NCBI GenBank assembly: GCA_963841565.1
Contig: CAWJCY010000012.1
Location: 160,001-224,000, forward strand
From: an uncultured Nitrososphaerales archaeon
Lineage (GTDB): Archaea > Thermoproteota > Nitrososphaeria > Nitrososphaerales > Nitrososphaeraceae
Length of the DNA stretch: 64,000 bases
Direction of reading: 5' to 3'
The first letter of the stretch is position 1; each line of letters begins with the position of its first letter. Of the stretch, positions 21,074 to 31,551 are shown piece by piece. The position numbers were made by a program, and so were the translations under genes. Below the pieces are notes generated by a model. It was not told the DNA's origin. It saw only the letters and a list, made by a program, of their open reading frames with translations, and did no database searches.

Positions 21074-22726
21074 TTAATCTGCGCGTCCATTTCGAGATTT
21101 ATCGATATTATCTGCTTTAGTTGAAGAAATGGTGTCTTGGGAAGCTCCCACCTGCTTTGAGGCACTATTATCAGCATTACCACCAGTTCTTAATGAGGAT
21201 GATTTGGTGTTTTGAGATGAACCAATTGAAGGTTGAGTTTTTTGCGCTTGTTGAGGAGCTAAAGGCTCAGCGACACTAGGTTCAACGGTGTAGGTAGTAG
21301 CGTAAGAAGTTTGAGGAAGTGGTGAAGGCGCTTTAGGCTGGATCGCAGGTTTAGGTGGCAGAGGTGGAGGAGCTTTTTCCATAGCCCGACCGTGTCTATA
21401 GATATGGAACATCCCTGCAAATACCAACATCATCAAGCCTATAATGAACAATGAAAAGTTGTTCATTCCACTTACTACTGCGTAGTATGCCGAAATATTG
21501 AGGTATATTTGAAATATGAGCAAGCCAATGAAGATTATATATACCCATCTTGCTGGAAGGTTGATCGGACCCTTTCCTGTAGCTTTCTTTGGCTGCGCCT
21601 TTGCCTTTGACTCTGCATTTTTGGCTAGCTTTATCATCATATATGTGAAACCGAACGAAAGCGGAACCAATAAGACCATTACAACATAGAAGAAAATAGG
21701 GTCAATAACAAGCCGCTCGAGAAGAGATTTCTGAATATCGGGATCTATATAGAAACCCCAATAGGTCGTAACAATAATCTGGGCTAAACTTGTGATACCA
21801 ACTGCAGTAATGATCGGTCGGTCCTTCCATGAGAACTTTTTGTATCGATCGACGAAAGGTATTATTAGCAATGTAAAAATGAATAGTCCAGGCCAGAGCA
21901 CACCCGTCACGAACTTATCATACTGCGTTCTTAAGAAAGCGTACAGACCTGTAAGGTACCACTCTGGAACCGTGATCCCGGGCGGAACGTTAGGATCAAA
22001 TTTCAATCCAAGATCCACAGGGAAAACGCCTCCCGTTATCATTATGGCCCCTGTAAAAGCCATTACCATAGGAACATCAAAAACCAAGAACCTCGGAAAG
22101 TGAACGACCATTAGACCGAGCATAGCAATTGGCAGCCAGAAGACGTGGAATGCGTAAAACCTCAAGATAAAGTCGGAAAAGCCTCCTCCAAAAAACGCTT
22201 CTCTCATATCAGGTCCTAATACAGGGATAGAATTAGTTAATGAAGCTGCGATAGAGATAGCGAGCTCAGCACGCTCACTAAATATAATGTCATATCCTGT
22301 AAAGGCCTCAAGTATTGTAAGAACTCCTAAGATGACTCCAGTTACCCAAAGGATTTCATTTCGAATCTTGTAGCGGCCACTGAAATATTGGTAATACATA
22401 TGAAGTAATGCTACCATCACCATTGCGTTGGAAGCATGATAATGAATATTACGTAAATGGAACCCAAATGGGATGGTATCATTAATTCTTTCAACGCTGT
22501 CCCAAGCCCTATCCAGGATAGGTTCATACCATAGCATCAAAAGCGCCCCAGTTATACCTAGAATTATGAATATGACAAAGGTTAGCATCCCTAGAAATCC
22601 AAGGGGACTGACGAATCGTGAGGGAATCGTGAATTTCATTCCCATAAATATAGTTCGGTCTACCCCATCATAGACCCATTTACAAAACTGGGCTAGACTA
22701 TTTTCACTCTTTAAGGTAGCGCCCAA
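21074..22726 (-). CDS. petB: Cytochrome b of complex III with C-terminal extension
   Basis: Heme His motifs (RNIHYH, LLHM, FHV, VHF), PEWY motif, extra TM helices and a Pro/Ser-rich tail. Confidence 0.94.
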   Translation of the reverse strand: MGATLKSENSLAQFCKWVYDGVDRTIFMGMKFTIPSRFVSPLGFLGMLTFVIFIILGITGALLMLWYEPILDRAWDSVERINDTIPFGFHLRNIHYHASNAMVMVALLHMYYQYFSGRYKIRNEILWVTGVILGVLTILEAFTGYDIIFSERAELAISIAASLTNSIPVLGPDMREAFFGGGFSDFILRFYAFHVFWLPIAMLGLMVVHFPRFLVFDVPMVMAFTGAIMITGGVFPVDLGLKFDPNVPPGITVPEWYLTGLYAFLRTQYDKFVTGVLWPGLFIFTLLIIPFVDRYKKFSWKDRPIITAVGITSLAQIIVTTYWGFYIDPDIQKSLLERLVIDPIFFYVVMVLLVPLSFGFTYMMIKLAKNAESKAKAQPKKATGKGPINLPARWVYIIFIGLLIFQIYLNISAYYAVVSGMNNFSLFIIGLMMLVFAGMFHIYRHGRAMEKAPPPLPPKPAIQPKAPSPLPQTSYATTYTVEPSVAEPLAPQQAQKTQPSIGSSQNTKSSSLRTGGNADNSASKQVGASQDTISSTKADNIDKSRNGRAD

Positions 22727-23321
22727 ATCCCACTACTCCATTACCATTTGGACTCCAGTTCGGAGGTTTAATCCAGATTGCCCCGTTTTGATCTGCTTCT
22801 AAATCAAGCATTGGTAAGACATTTGAAGGAGGCGATTGAAGCGATGCTGGTCCTGCAAAGGCTACGCCGGTCAATGGATCGTATAAGCTGCCATGACAGG
22901 GGCATTCTCCCCTTTTCCGTCCGGGTTCAGGCCAATACTTCCATAAACACCACAAATGCAAACACACCATACTATACATTCTGAAAGATGAAACATCATT
23001 ATTACTTCCCCCTAATTCTTCAGGTAACCGAATGAACTGCCATGTTCTAAATGATTCCGAGTTTAAAGTCGGGTCATCTGTCTTGGGATATATCACGGCC
23101 TCAGCATGGTTCACTGGGAAGGAGTTGAGGTTAGCTTGAGATCCATCAGGTAGTTCAACCTTAGCCCTCTCCGATACTTGCGAGGTGGGATTGGGTAAAA
23201 ACTTACCCCAATCTATGAATGGTATAAATGTTAACACGGTACCTGCAGCAGCCATTAATTTCAAGAAATCACGTCTAGAAACCTTACCTCCCAAATTTGG
23301 AGGGGTCTGCTGTGACATCAT
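22704..23321 (-). CDS. Rieske 2Fe-2S protein of complex III (Tat signal)
   Basis: SRRDFLK twin-arginine signal; CLHLWC and CPCHGS boxes. Confidence 0.95.
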   Translation of the reverse strand: MMSQQTPPNLGGKVSRRDFLKLMAAAGTVLTFIPFIDWGKFLPNPTSQVSERAKVELPDGSQANLNSFPVNHAEAVIYPKTDDPTLNSESFRTWQFIRLPEELGGSNNDVSSFRMYSMVCLHLWCLWKYWPEPGRKRGECPCHGSLYDPLTGVAFAGPASLQSPPSNVLPMLDLEADQNGAIWIKPPNWSPNGNGVVGFGRYLKE

Positions 23322-23432
23322 TACAGGACTCAAGAATCGCATCTATAAACTTTTGGCCTGGCTAGATTGCAGAATTTTTCATCTTGAAATTCAGTGTTAT
23401 GCAGCGAAAATTCTCATTAGCATGTCATGCTG

Positions 23433-24410
23433 TTAACTTAGCCGCACGCGAATGATGCCGTTAAGATAATCAATTTCTTGCAAATTATATTTCGTGGCAT
23501 CTTCTGGCAGTTTAGCCAGAATTTGTGAAATCTTGGATTTGTTATCGGTTATCCTTACTAAACTGTTATGAGGTTCGAAATTCACACTAACATCAGATAG
23601 GCCTGAAATACCTTTAACCTCGGCTAATATTTCGTAAAAGTCTGGTCCTTTGATAATATCTGGTTCTCCTCTAACCAACTCACTTTCAGGCGGCTTAAAT
23701 GCTATTTTCCTAATTGGAGGAGACCGAATATCTCGAACTTGCAGATCTCTGTTACGTACTAATAGCTTCCAGACGTAGGCGGTGCCCAATCCTGCCACGA
23801 AGCCTCCAATATGCGCAAAATATGCTACACCTCCAGATTGTGGGAAGAAAAAACCAAAGACTAGTTGCATTATAAACCATATTGGTAAGAATGCAATTGC
23901 GGGAATCCTAATCGTCGTGATAAAGAAGGCAAATACCACTGTGAATATTTTCGCTCTAGGAAACATCACTAAATAAACTCCTAATACACCTGAAATTGCA
24001 CCCGATGCTCCTACAGCCGGAATCAATGCATTGGTATCATCCGTGGTGACCAAGCTGTGAGCATAGGCTGCTAGTATTCCCCATAATAGGTATATTAGAA
24101 GATATTTCAGATGTCCAAATCTGTCTTCTATATTATCTCCAAAAACGAACAGAAAAACCATATTGCCCGCGATGTGAGCAATTCCACCATGCATGAACAT
24201 TGAAGTAATGATGGACACGACATCCCCAGAGAGTACGAAACGAGGAATAGAGCCATACGTATAAAATAATTCCTGTGTCGCGATAGGATCTGCGAAGTTG
24301 CTCGTAAACGACAATTCCCAAACAAATACCACGACGTTAATAAAAATCAGACCATAATTGACATAGGGCCTTCCATGCAGTCTTTGGGTATCATCGTGGA
24401 TTGGGAACAT
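23433..24410 (-). CDS. Rhomboid intramembrane serine protease with C-terminal soluble domain
   Basis: SMFMHGG..HIAGNM, GASGA (Ser) and AHIGGF (His) motifs. Confidence 0.94.
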   Translation of the reverse strand: MFPIHDDTQRLHGRPYVNYGLIFINVVVFVWELSFTSNFADPIATQELFYTYGSIPRFVLSGDVVSIITSMFMHGGIAHIAGNMVFLFVFGDNIEDRFGHLKYLLIYLLWGILAAYAHSLVTTDDTNALIPAVGASGAISGVLGVYLVMFPRAKIFTVVFAFFITTIRIPAIAFLPIWFIMQLVFGFFFPQSGGVAYFAHIGGFVAGLGTAYVWKLLVRNRDLQVRDIRSPPIRKIAFKPPESELVRGEPDIIKGPDFYEILAEVKGISGLSDVSVNFEPHNSLVRITDNKSKISQILAKLPEDATKYNLQEIDYLNGIIRVRLS

Positions 24411-24464
24411 ATGTGAGCCTATTACAACCTTATTTCATCCTGGGAATCGGATAAATTTGTATAT

Positions 24465-24629
24465 CTAAAATCCGCCAAACGGATTTGCGTTAGGAGTAAA
24501 GTCCTCGTTCTCCGAATGTGCTTTTCGAGAATGCCTCTTTAACCGCTCTTTGTCATCGAATTTCATGTCACAGTACTTGCATTTGAATTCATTCAATCCT
24601 TCTTCATTCTTCTTTCTGAACAAAATCAT
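24465..24629 (-). CDS. Small C2H2 zinc-finger protein
   Basis: FKCKYCDMKFDDKERLKRHSRKAH matches the C2H2 consensus. Confidence 0.85.
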   Translation of the reverse strand: MILFRKKNEEGLNEFKCKYCDMKFDDKERLKRHSRKAHSENEDFTPNANPFGGF

Positions 24630-24774
24630 ATGTTCGATCGATATTAGACAATGCAATACAACTTCATTAACCTTGTGTAGTCTATTTTCTTTGGAAAGGC
24701 TGGATGGCCCTTAATAAGCTTGTAAGCCTAATCGTTCTTACTTGAAAGACACTGACACAAATTAGTTAGCGACT

Positions 24775-25005
24775 TTAATCCATCACTATCATTGTTAATG
24801 TGGATTTGACCCCATTGAGCTTTCTTAGTTTCCACGTGATAGTTTCTTTGACCTTCTCCATTGTGTCAGCTTCGACTTGTGCCACAATATCATAGACGCC
24901 ATAAACCTGGTAAACTTCCCTTACACCTTCAAGTTTATTGAGTTCGGTGACTATAGAGTCTTCACTTCCTAGTTCTGCATTCATAAGTACAAAGGCCTGT
25001 GGCAT
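24775..25005 (-). CDS. Stand-alone Lrp/AsnC ligand-binding (RAM) domain protein
   Basis: AFVLMN...VYGVYDIVA...LNGVKSTLT. Confidence 0.9.
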   Translation of the reverse strand: MPQAFVLMNAELGSEDSIVTELNKLEGVREVYQVYGVYDIVAQVEADTMEKVKETITWKLRKLNGVKSTLTMIVMD

Positions 25006-25275
25006 ACACCTAGATAGTCATAGCTGGTGTATAAAAACATGTAGATGAGTTCAATTTGTGGTAATTTTAACATGGAATAATATGTTCGAACCTGCAAATG
25101 CATTTAAAAAAAAACCAGTCGTCAATCAAAATATTTGTCCTGCTGAGCCGAGTCACTATAATAGAGTAGCTTAATAAATCTCAGAACTTCGGACTCACAC
25201 TTATCATCGAACATTAGAATAATGAGTCTTTTCGTTCACTGGTCATATAGGAATCCAGTTCCCAATTCAAAGCGT

Positions 25276-26088
25276 TCAGGTCTCGTGTGGCAACTTACTC
25301 TCATCGAAAACACCGGCCCGGTTCCACTGGTATGCGAAATAATCTTCACACCATTCGTGAAATTCAATATTATCACTATAATATACTATATTCAAGTCGG
25401 GCCTTCCCTTTAGACTAGGGAATGCAACACAAGAATGTCTTTCGTTAAATATCAAGACTAACTTGACGCTATCCAGCATTCTTCTTTCCACCATTCCTTT
25501 GGAAATTAAGCTTCGCCACCCTATTCTTTTCAGAATTTCACTCCTTCCCTTCGGGACCACTGGATCTCGAGGGAATATGTAGGAAAATCTTACTCCGCTT
25601 TGAATCCGTGAACTAAGCGTCTCAATAAGATCAACAGGTACTTCTGAGATTATTTCTTTGATGTACTCGTTTGAATTCAAAAATATATACTTCCATCTTT
25701 GAAGTATAGCCATAACACCATTAACGACCTCACATTCTGCGAGGGAACCTATCCTGAGAACGAATTTTAATGGAAGATCACCAAATGTATGATCATTGAA
25801 ATACTCTCTATTCTGAAACATGAAGGCGTAGCTTGGAATTAGTGAAACAATTGATTCTCCATACGGTGTCAGTACAAGGTCTCCTTCTTGTCCCTTCGTA
25901 ACGAGATTTGAAGATACAAGTCTTGAAATGTTTCTATGGGTTTCCTGCATCGTTGCATTGAGCTCTTCAGCAAGTTGTGAAAGACGGTAAGATCTGTTTC
26001 TAAGTTTCATTAGAGTAGAATATCTTAGATCTCCGGCTAACTCGAAAAACAAGGAGCTGACTTCCTCCTCGCGCTCTCCATGCATCAA
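25276..26088 (-). CDS. Winged-helix transcriptional regulator (ArsR-like HTH plus DUF1724-type domain)
   Basis: LFFELAGDLR...QETHRNISRL...LTPYG; C-terminal FHEWCEDYFAYQW. Confidence 0.82.
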   Translation of the reverse strand: MMHGEREEEVSSLFFELAGDLRYSTLMKLRNRSYRLSQLAEELNATMQETHRNISRLVSSNLVTKGQEGDLVLTPYGESIVSLIPSYAFMFQNREYFNDHTFGDLPLKFVLRIGSLAECEVVNGVMAILQRWKYIFLNSNEYIKEIISEVPVDLIETLSSRIQSGVRFSYIFPRDPVVPKGRSEILKRIGWRSLISKGMVERRMLDSVKLVLIFNERHSCVAFPSLKGRPDLNIVYYSDNIEFHEWCEDYFAYQWNRAGVFDESKLPHET

Positions 26089-26195
26089 TCAATGACTGTG
26101 TGCCTAAAATTTAAACTTGACAAATGTTGCCAAGTCAAAACCCCATAACTCGAATTTTGTTCATGATTTCTGAACCATTAATGAACTTGCCACGG

Positions 26196-27497
26196 CTAAG
26201 GACTGACCCTTGACATGGTCCTCGGAAATAGGACCGAATCCTTGATATCATCGATGCCAATAAACCATCTCAGTAACCTTTCGATACCCATCCCAAATCC
26301 TCCATGTTCTACCGATCCATATTTCCTTAAATCAAGATACCATCCATAGTCAATAGGGTCAAGTCCTGTTTGCTTAATCCTCTGGGACAGAATTGGGAGG
26401 TTGTCTTCTCTCATGCCTCCACTACTCAACTCACCATACCCTTGCGGTCCCAAAAGATCAAAAGTGAGACTTGTTCCGGGCCGATCCTGGTTCTCTTTGA
26501 CATAGAAGGGTTTTACCTTAGTAGGGTACTCGGTGATGAACAATGGGGTCATCATCTTTCTAGTTAATTCCCTTTCCGAATCAATGTTCAAATCATCACC
26601 CCATCGAATAGTTCTAGATTTTCCATCGATTTCAGATATCTTGAAATCAAGTGACTCCAGCTTTTCAATGGCTTGATCGTATGTAATCTTGTGAAATGGC
26701 TCTGCAAGATCTCTAAACCTACTAGTGTCAATTTTAAGAAGTTTTAATGATTCTTTTCGATCATTGATAGTCTTATCGATTGCAGATCTAACAAGTTTCT
26801 CTTGGATTTGTAGAAGGTCCTTAAGGGAAACCCATGGAGACTCGCACTCCAGATGTGAAAATTCTGCCAAATGCCTAATAGTTCTAGATCGTTCTGCTCT
26901 AAAAGAAGAAGTAAGACTCCATACTGGACCCAGCGAGAAAATCATTGCTTCCAGATAGAGCTGTGCACTCTGAGATAGGAATGCCACGTCGTCAAAGTAA
27001 TTTAGTTTGAAAAGAGTTGATCCACCCTCTACAGATCCCTTCACTATCAACGGAGGGGTTATTTCCATCCAGTCATTGTCCGAAAACCATTGTCTAAGAA
27101 ACTTAAACATCGATGTTCTAATTTTAGCAATTTCTATCATTTTTCTCGTACGTAAAGCGAGGTGTCTGTTATCTAGGAGCAACTCTGCGCTTTGATATTC
27201 ACCAAGAGGATAATCCTTTTCCGAAACTTGAAAGATCTTGAGATCTGTCCCAATAATCTCGATCCCCCCTTCGGGGGCGCGAGCATCTTGTTTTACAATA
27301 CCAGAAATCTGCACGGATGACTCCCTTGTTAGGTTGTCTAACTTGGATGAAGGGAAAACACATTGTATAATAGATCCGCGATCATCTCTGAGAAGCACGA
27401 AAGCGTTTCCCTTTTGTTTTCTTAGCCTATACACCCAACCTCGTAGAGTCACCTCTTTACCAATGTAATCTGAAGTTAATATATCACGTATTCTCAA
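26196..27497 (-). CDS. asnS: Asparaginyl-tRNA synthetase (class IIb)
   Basis: OB-fold LRGWV; LSQSAQLYLE, FRAERSRTIRHLAEF and WYLDLRKYGSVEHGGFGMGIER. Resembles archaeal AsnRS more than AspRS. Confidence 0.82.
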   Translation of the reverse strand: MRIRDILTSDYIGKEVTLRGWVYRLRKQKGNAFVLLRDDRGSIIQCVFPSSKLDNLTRESSVQISGIVKQDARAPEGGIEIIGTDLKIFQVSEKDYPLGEYQSAELLLDNRHLALRTRKMIEIAKIRTSMFKFLRQWFSDNDWMEITPPLIVKGSVEGGSTLFKLNYFDDVAFLSQSAQLYLEAMIFSLGPVWSLTSSFRAERSRTIRHLAEFSHLECESPWVSLKDLLQIQEKLVRSAIDKTINDRKESLKLLKIDTSRFRDLAEPFHKITYDQAIEKLESLDFKISEIDGKSRTIRWGDDLNIDSERELTRKMMTPLFITEYPTKVKPFYVKENQDRPGTSLTFDLLGPQGYGELSSGGMREDNLPILSQRIKQTGLDPIDYGWYLDLRKYGSVEHGGFGMGIERLLRWFIGIDDIKDSVLFPRTMSRVSP

Positions 27498-27687
27498 ATC
27501 TCTACCTCAAACCTTCCCGCCAAATTCTGAGCCATCCTCCCAGTAGAATGCAGGACATCTGATGAGTCACACAGGAAGATTTCCGAAAGTTATCGCTTTC
27601 AATGACCCAAATATATGTTAGGGGCATTTCAACTAATGTAAAGTTAAGATCTAATTTAATATATCTGGTCGGGAACACTTAATACTT

Positions 27688-27834
27688 ATGACAAAATTTG
27701 ATGGGATAAAAGGTCAGGAACTACTGGATGTTGAACAGTCGGACTCTGAAGTAACGCTAATTTTTAAGGACAACCGATATCTATTTGTCAGACTTGAAAA
27801 TGGGCGCATAATCTGCGAATCGGTGCCAGAATAG
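27688..27834 (+). CDS. Small hypothetical protein (48 aa), below ORF-track cutoff
   Basis: MTKFDGIKGQELLDVEQSDSEVTLIFKDNRYLFVRLENGRIICESVPE; TTTAATAT TATA box about 25-30 nt upstream. Confidence 0.7.
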   Translation: MTKFDGIKGQELLDVEQSDSEVTLIFKDNRYLFVRLENGRIICESVPE

Positions 27835-27938
27835 AAAGAAGTGATTTACATTTTATCGCCTTGACATTCTAACCAGTAGGTAGGATTCAAGTATTTGGTA
27901 CAATCGGGGGTCCGAGCAGCTGACCCAAAAACATGAAT

Positions 27939-28454
27939 TCAATCTAATCTTGTTGAATTGGATTTTGCCGATAACTCTACTGGTTCGGTAAAGTCGTGTC
28001 TTCCCCATGAAACTCGGATCTCAGCATAAATATCACCAAATCTTGACCTTCCACATTGATCTCCATTAACTTCTATGGTCTTGCTGACGTCAAACATAAG
28101 TGATTGAGCTTCTTCAACTGAAAGTGGATATAGTGGCACATCTTCTTGTACTATGAATACCCAAATCCTAAATGGGACCTTGGGGTTCCTGGTCCAAAAC
28201 AGGACTGCTTTTCTTACATATTCTCTAGTAAGGAGAGTTTTGTTACTGATCTTGAGGGCAATGCTTATCTTAAGACGAAAAGAATTATCATGTTTGTTGT
28301 ACGCCTTCTCCCAACCTAATTGATTAAACGCGCCCCTGATAGTCCCAGTTATACTAAAGCTAAGTCTTAGCTGCCCTACATTACTAGATTCTTCCCTTTC
28401 GTGGACAGTTTCTAACTTTGTTTCGGAAATGAAATTTCCTCGGCTATTCAACAT
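27939..28454 (-). CDS. Conserved hypothetical protein
   Basis: 171-aa ORF with RKAVLFWTRNPKVPFRIW segment; no function recognised. Confidence 0.72.
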   Translation of the reverse strand: MLNSRGNFISETKLETVHEREESSNVGQLRLSFSITGTIRGAFNQLGWEKAYNKHDNSFRLKISIALKISNKTLLTREYVRKAVLFWTRNPKVPFRIWVFIVQEDVPLYPLSVEEAQSLMFDVSKTIEVNGDQCGRSRFGDIYAEIRVSWGRHDFTEPVELSAKSNSTRLD

Positions 28455-28506
28455 CTGTAATATCAGGAGATCATTTATATCTTCAATAAGTAGTTGTCTC
28501 TATCGT

Positions 28507-28785
28507 ATGCTTGCAGAAGTAACTGAGAGTAATGCTAATATCTTGGAGTTAAAACTAAGGGACGAAGATATTTCTGTGATGCTGATTATCCAGCATGAAC
28601 TTCTTAGTAAAAAAGATATTGACTTCGCCGGGGTTATTCTGAAACACCCACTTATAAGAGACTACATTATGAGGATTGTCACAAAAAAAGAAGATCCTGC
28701 GGTGGCACTAAATGAAGCATCTGCCAGTGCAAGTAAATACTTGGAAGAATTGGGTTCGAGTATTAAGACTCAACTAAGAACCTGA
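28507..28785 (+). CDS. rpoL: RNA polymerase subunit L (Rpo11)
   Basis: ELKLRDED...QHELL...FAGVILKHPL; upstream of TFS and PCNA. Confidence 0.88.
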   Translation: MLAEVTESNANILELKLRDEDISVMLIIQHELLSKKDIDFAGVILKHPLIRDYIMRIVTKKEDPAVALNEASASASKYLEELGSSIKTQLRT

Positions 28786-28787
28786 AG

Positions 28788-29141
28788 GTGATAGCTAAGC
28801 TGAAGTTTTGTCCTAGCTGCGAGTCACGTATGAAGCCAATGACAGAAGAGGGTACGGTAAAATGTCCAAAATGTGGATATGCTGAACAGGGTAAATTTTC
28901 ATCTCAGGATGAAGAAATGCTTCAATCCAAGCAAACAAGATCAGATAATATCGCAAAAAGTTCACTCAAGGTCATGGATTCCGATGCGCCAAATGCCATG
29001 CCGACAACCACCATTGAGTGTGCTAAATGTGGGAATATGACTGCTTTTTGGTGGATGTTGCAGACAAGGTCTGCCGATGAGGCTACTACCCAATTCTACA
29101 GGTGTACTGAGTGTAGCTACACCTGGAGGAATTATTCATGA
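28788..29141 (+). CDS. tfs: Transcription elongation factor TFS (RpoM/TFIIS-like)
   Basis: Two Zn ribbons; LQTRSADEATTQFYRC motif. Confidence 0.94.
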   Translation: MIAKLKFCPSCESRMKPMTEEGTVKCPKCGYAEQGKFSSQDEEMLQSKQTRSDNIAKSSLKVMDSDAPNAMPTTTIECAKCGNMTAFWWMLQTRSADEATTQFYRCTECSYTWRNYS

Positions 29142-29243
29142 TAAAAGCCATTCGGGTCGGTTACGCATTTCTAGATCGGATTCGCGGCCTGAAGTCAGAC
29201 AGCAATGTTTAAAGTTAATAGATGATAGCGGTAATCATAAATA

Positions 29244-29996
29244 TTGACATTCAGTGTTAGTACAAACTCTCCAGACGAATGGAAAGTGGTAACCTCTGCG
29301 ATCTCTACCCTTGTAGATGAGGCTACATTTGAAGCCAATGTCGAGGGACTTCTATTCAGAGGGATGGACCCTTCGCATGTAGCGCTAATTGATATACACT
29401 GGCCTAATTCAGCCTTCCAAAAATTTCAATGTAATGATTCGATTAAATTTGGTGTAAGGATTGATGAATTTTCTAAACTGATAAGACGAGGCGACAAGAA
29501 GGATACAGTAGAGGTTTCTATCGGGGAGAACTCCACACTAGTAATTAGGATCAAAAACGGCTACAGCAGAGAATATAAAATGCGACTCATAGAAAGTTCT
29601 TCTGGTTCAACTCCACTTCCAAAATTGAATTTTAACTCGAGGGTTGTTCTAAACTCTTCTACTCTGGATAGAGTATTTTCAGACATCCAAGTGGTATCTG
29701 AATATATCACGTTGGGATCAGAGCAAGCAAAAATTGTCTTCACGGGAAAAGGAGATTCAGGCGAAGCTAACATTACCTTGGATCAATCAAGTGAAGGGCT
29801 AGAAGATATTACTGTCAAAGAAAGTAGTATTGCAACATATAGTCTTGATTATCTATCAAGAATGATAAAAGCTATAGGAAGCACCGGTGGATCTGTGATA
29901 GCTGAGTATTCTACCAAGATGCCATTACGACTTGAGTTCAGGGTTGCAAACATCGGAAGAATACATTTTTATCTTGCACCTCGGGTTCAAGATTGA
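29244..29996 (+). CDS. pcn: DNA sliding clamp PCNA
   Basis: GMDPSHVAL, YSLDYL and FYLAPRV motifs. Confidence 0.96.
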   Translation: MTFSVSTNSPDEWKVVTSAISTLVDEATFEANVEGLLFRGMDPSHVALIDIHWPNSAFQKFQCNDSIKFGVRIDEFSKLIRRGDKKDTVEVSIGENSTLVIRIKNGYSREYKMRLIESSSGSTPLPKLNFNSRVVLNSSTLDRVFSDIQVVSEYITLGSEQAKIVFTGKGDSGEANITLDQSSEGLEDITVKESSIATYSLDYLSRMIKAIGSTGGSVIAEYSTKMPLRLEFRVANIGRIHFYLAPRVQD

Positions 29997-30067
29997 AGTA
30001 GTGATAATTAAGTTGCCAAAGTGCAAACACATTCAGGTAACTTTTTGATTCTGCATTAAAGGATTAC

Positions 30068-31481
30068 TTGGACATGTTAGTTGTAATGAAATTTGGAGGA
30101 ACAGCGGTCGAATCAGGTGAGCGAATTAGACACATAGCAAATTTGGCGCTGAATTATCAACAGAAGATGGGATTTGAAGTTATATTGGTAACATCTGCGG
30201 TGAAAGGTATGACTGATGAGATACTAGCAGTGGCAGAAAGCGTAAGAAGGGGAGATAAAACAATCGTGAATCAGTTCGTCGAGCGTATTAAACGAGTTCA
30301 CCTATCTCTTATAGACTCTAGTATTTTTGATGAAGCTAAAAAGAAAGAGGCAAAGAATACCGTGTGTGAGCTTGTCGAGCTCGTTGAAAATGTTCTTCAT
30401 GGAATGTTGCCTATGAAAGAAGTCACTCCGAAGATGCTCGACTATTTGTTATCATTTGGGGAAAGGTTTTCAACTTTTATTGTGTCCGTCGCGATTAGGG
30501 ATATTGGAGGAAGTTCAGAATTTCTGGTGGGGAATGATGCAGGCATAGTGACTGATTCCAATTTTGGCGAAGCGCTCCCATTGATGGATACTACTAAACT
30601 GAAGGTCTCTCATAAGCTGAAACCATTGCTAGCTAAGAAAATTATCCCAGTTATCACTGGTTTCATTGGGGGTGACCAATATGGTAACATTACTACCATC
30701 GGTAGGGGGGGCTCTGACTATTCAGCAACGATAATAGCTGCAGGTTCAGGAGCAGACGAGGTCTGGTTGTGGAGTGACGTTGATGGATTAATGACGGCTG
30801 ACCCGAAAATTGTCAGCGAAGCAAGAGTTATACGAGAAGCGTCATTTGCAGAAGCGTTAGAAATGGCACTCTTTGGCGCTAAATATATGCACCCAAGAGC
30901 GTTAGAGCCGGCTATCGAATCCAATATCCCAATGAGGGTAAGAAATTTCATGAAGATAGATGACGACGGCACATTAGTAGTTAATAATCCCAGCAAGGAT
31001 TCCCACAAAATAGTCAAATCGATAAGCTCTATTCGACACACCGCCTTGATAGACGTCAGTGGGGTTGGAATGGTTGGTGCGCCAGGGACTGCCGGAAGAA
31101 TCTTCGATACTCTGGCTAAAAATAAAGTAAACATCATGATGATTTCCCAGAGCCCATCCGAATCGAGTATTTCAATGGTAGTTAAAAAAGAAGTGCTTCA
31201 GAAGGCAACTAGTACTTTGGAATTGTCATTGCTTGGCAGGGTTATCAAGAAAATAGATGTGAAAGAAGACGTTGCAGTCATAGCAGTTGTAGGTTCAGGA
31301 ATGCGAGGTATTAAGGGGGTGGCGAGCAAGGGTATTTGGTGCTGTTGGCAATAAGAATATCAACGTGATTATGATAACACAAGGATCTTCCGAATTGAAT
31401 CTTGCTTTCGTAGTAAACGACACCGATTGTGTAGAAGTAGTTAGAACAATTCATTGCGAATTTGAGCTCAACAACTCCTGA
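30068..31481 (+). CDS. lysC: Aspartate kinase (+1 frameshift near 31330)
   Basis: VMKFGGT, GRGGSDYSA, DVDGLMTADP and two ACT domains; the repaired C-terminus ends QGSSELNLAFVV...FELNNS*. Confidence 0.93.
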
Positions 31482-31551
31482 TACCATCACTTCTATTTCC
31501 ATTTTTTAGTCACTCTTCGAGCAAAGGATAAATTATTATGTTGATAAGAAG

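Noticed and set aside
20547-23321. Complex III with a cupredoxin in place of cytochrome c1
   Set aside because: Real, but an established feature of ammonia-oxidising archaea rather than novel.
27552-27620. CTGATGAG...CGAAA resembling a hammerhead ribozyme core
   Set aside because: Stem II does not pair beyond one base pair, the required UH after stem III is CC, and there is no adjacent stem I.
29150-29193. TTCGGGTCG/CGGCCTGAA stem between tfs and pcn
   Set aside because: Relies on G-U pairs around a long unstructured loop; compatible with chance.
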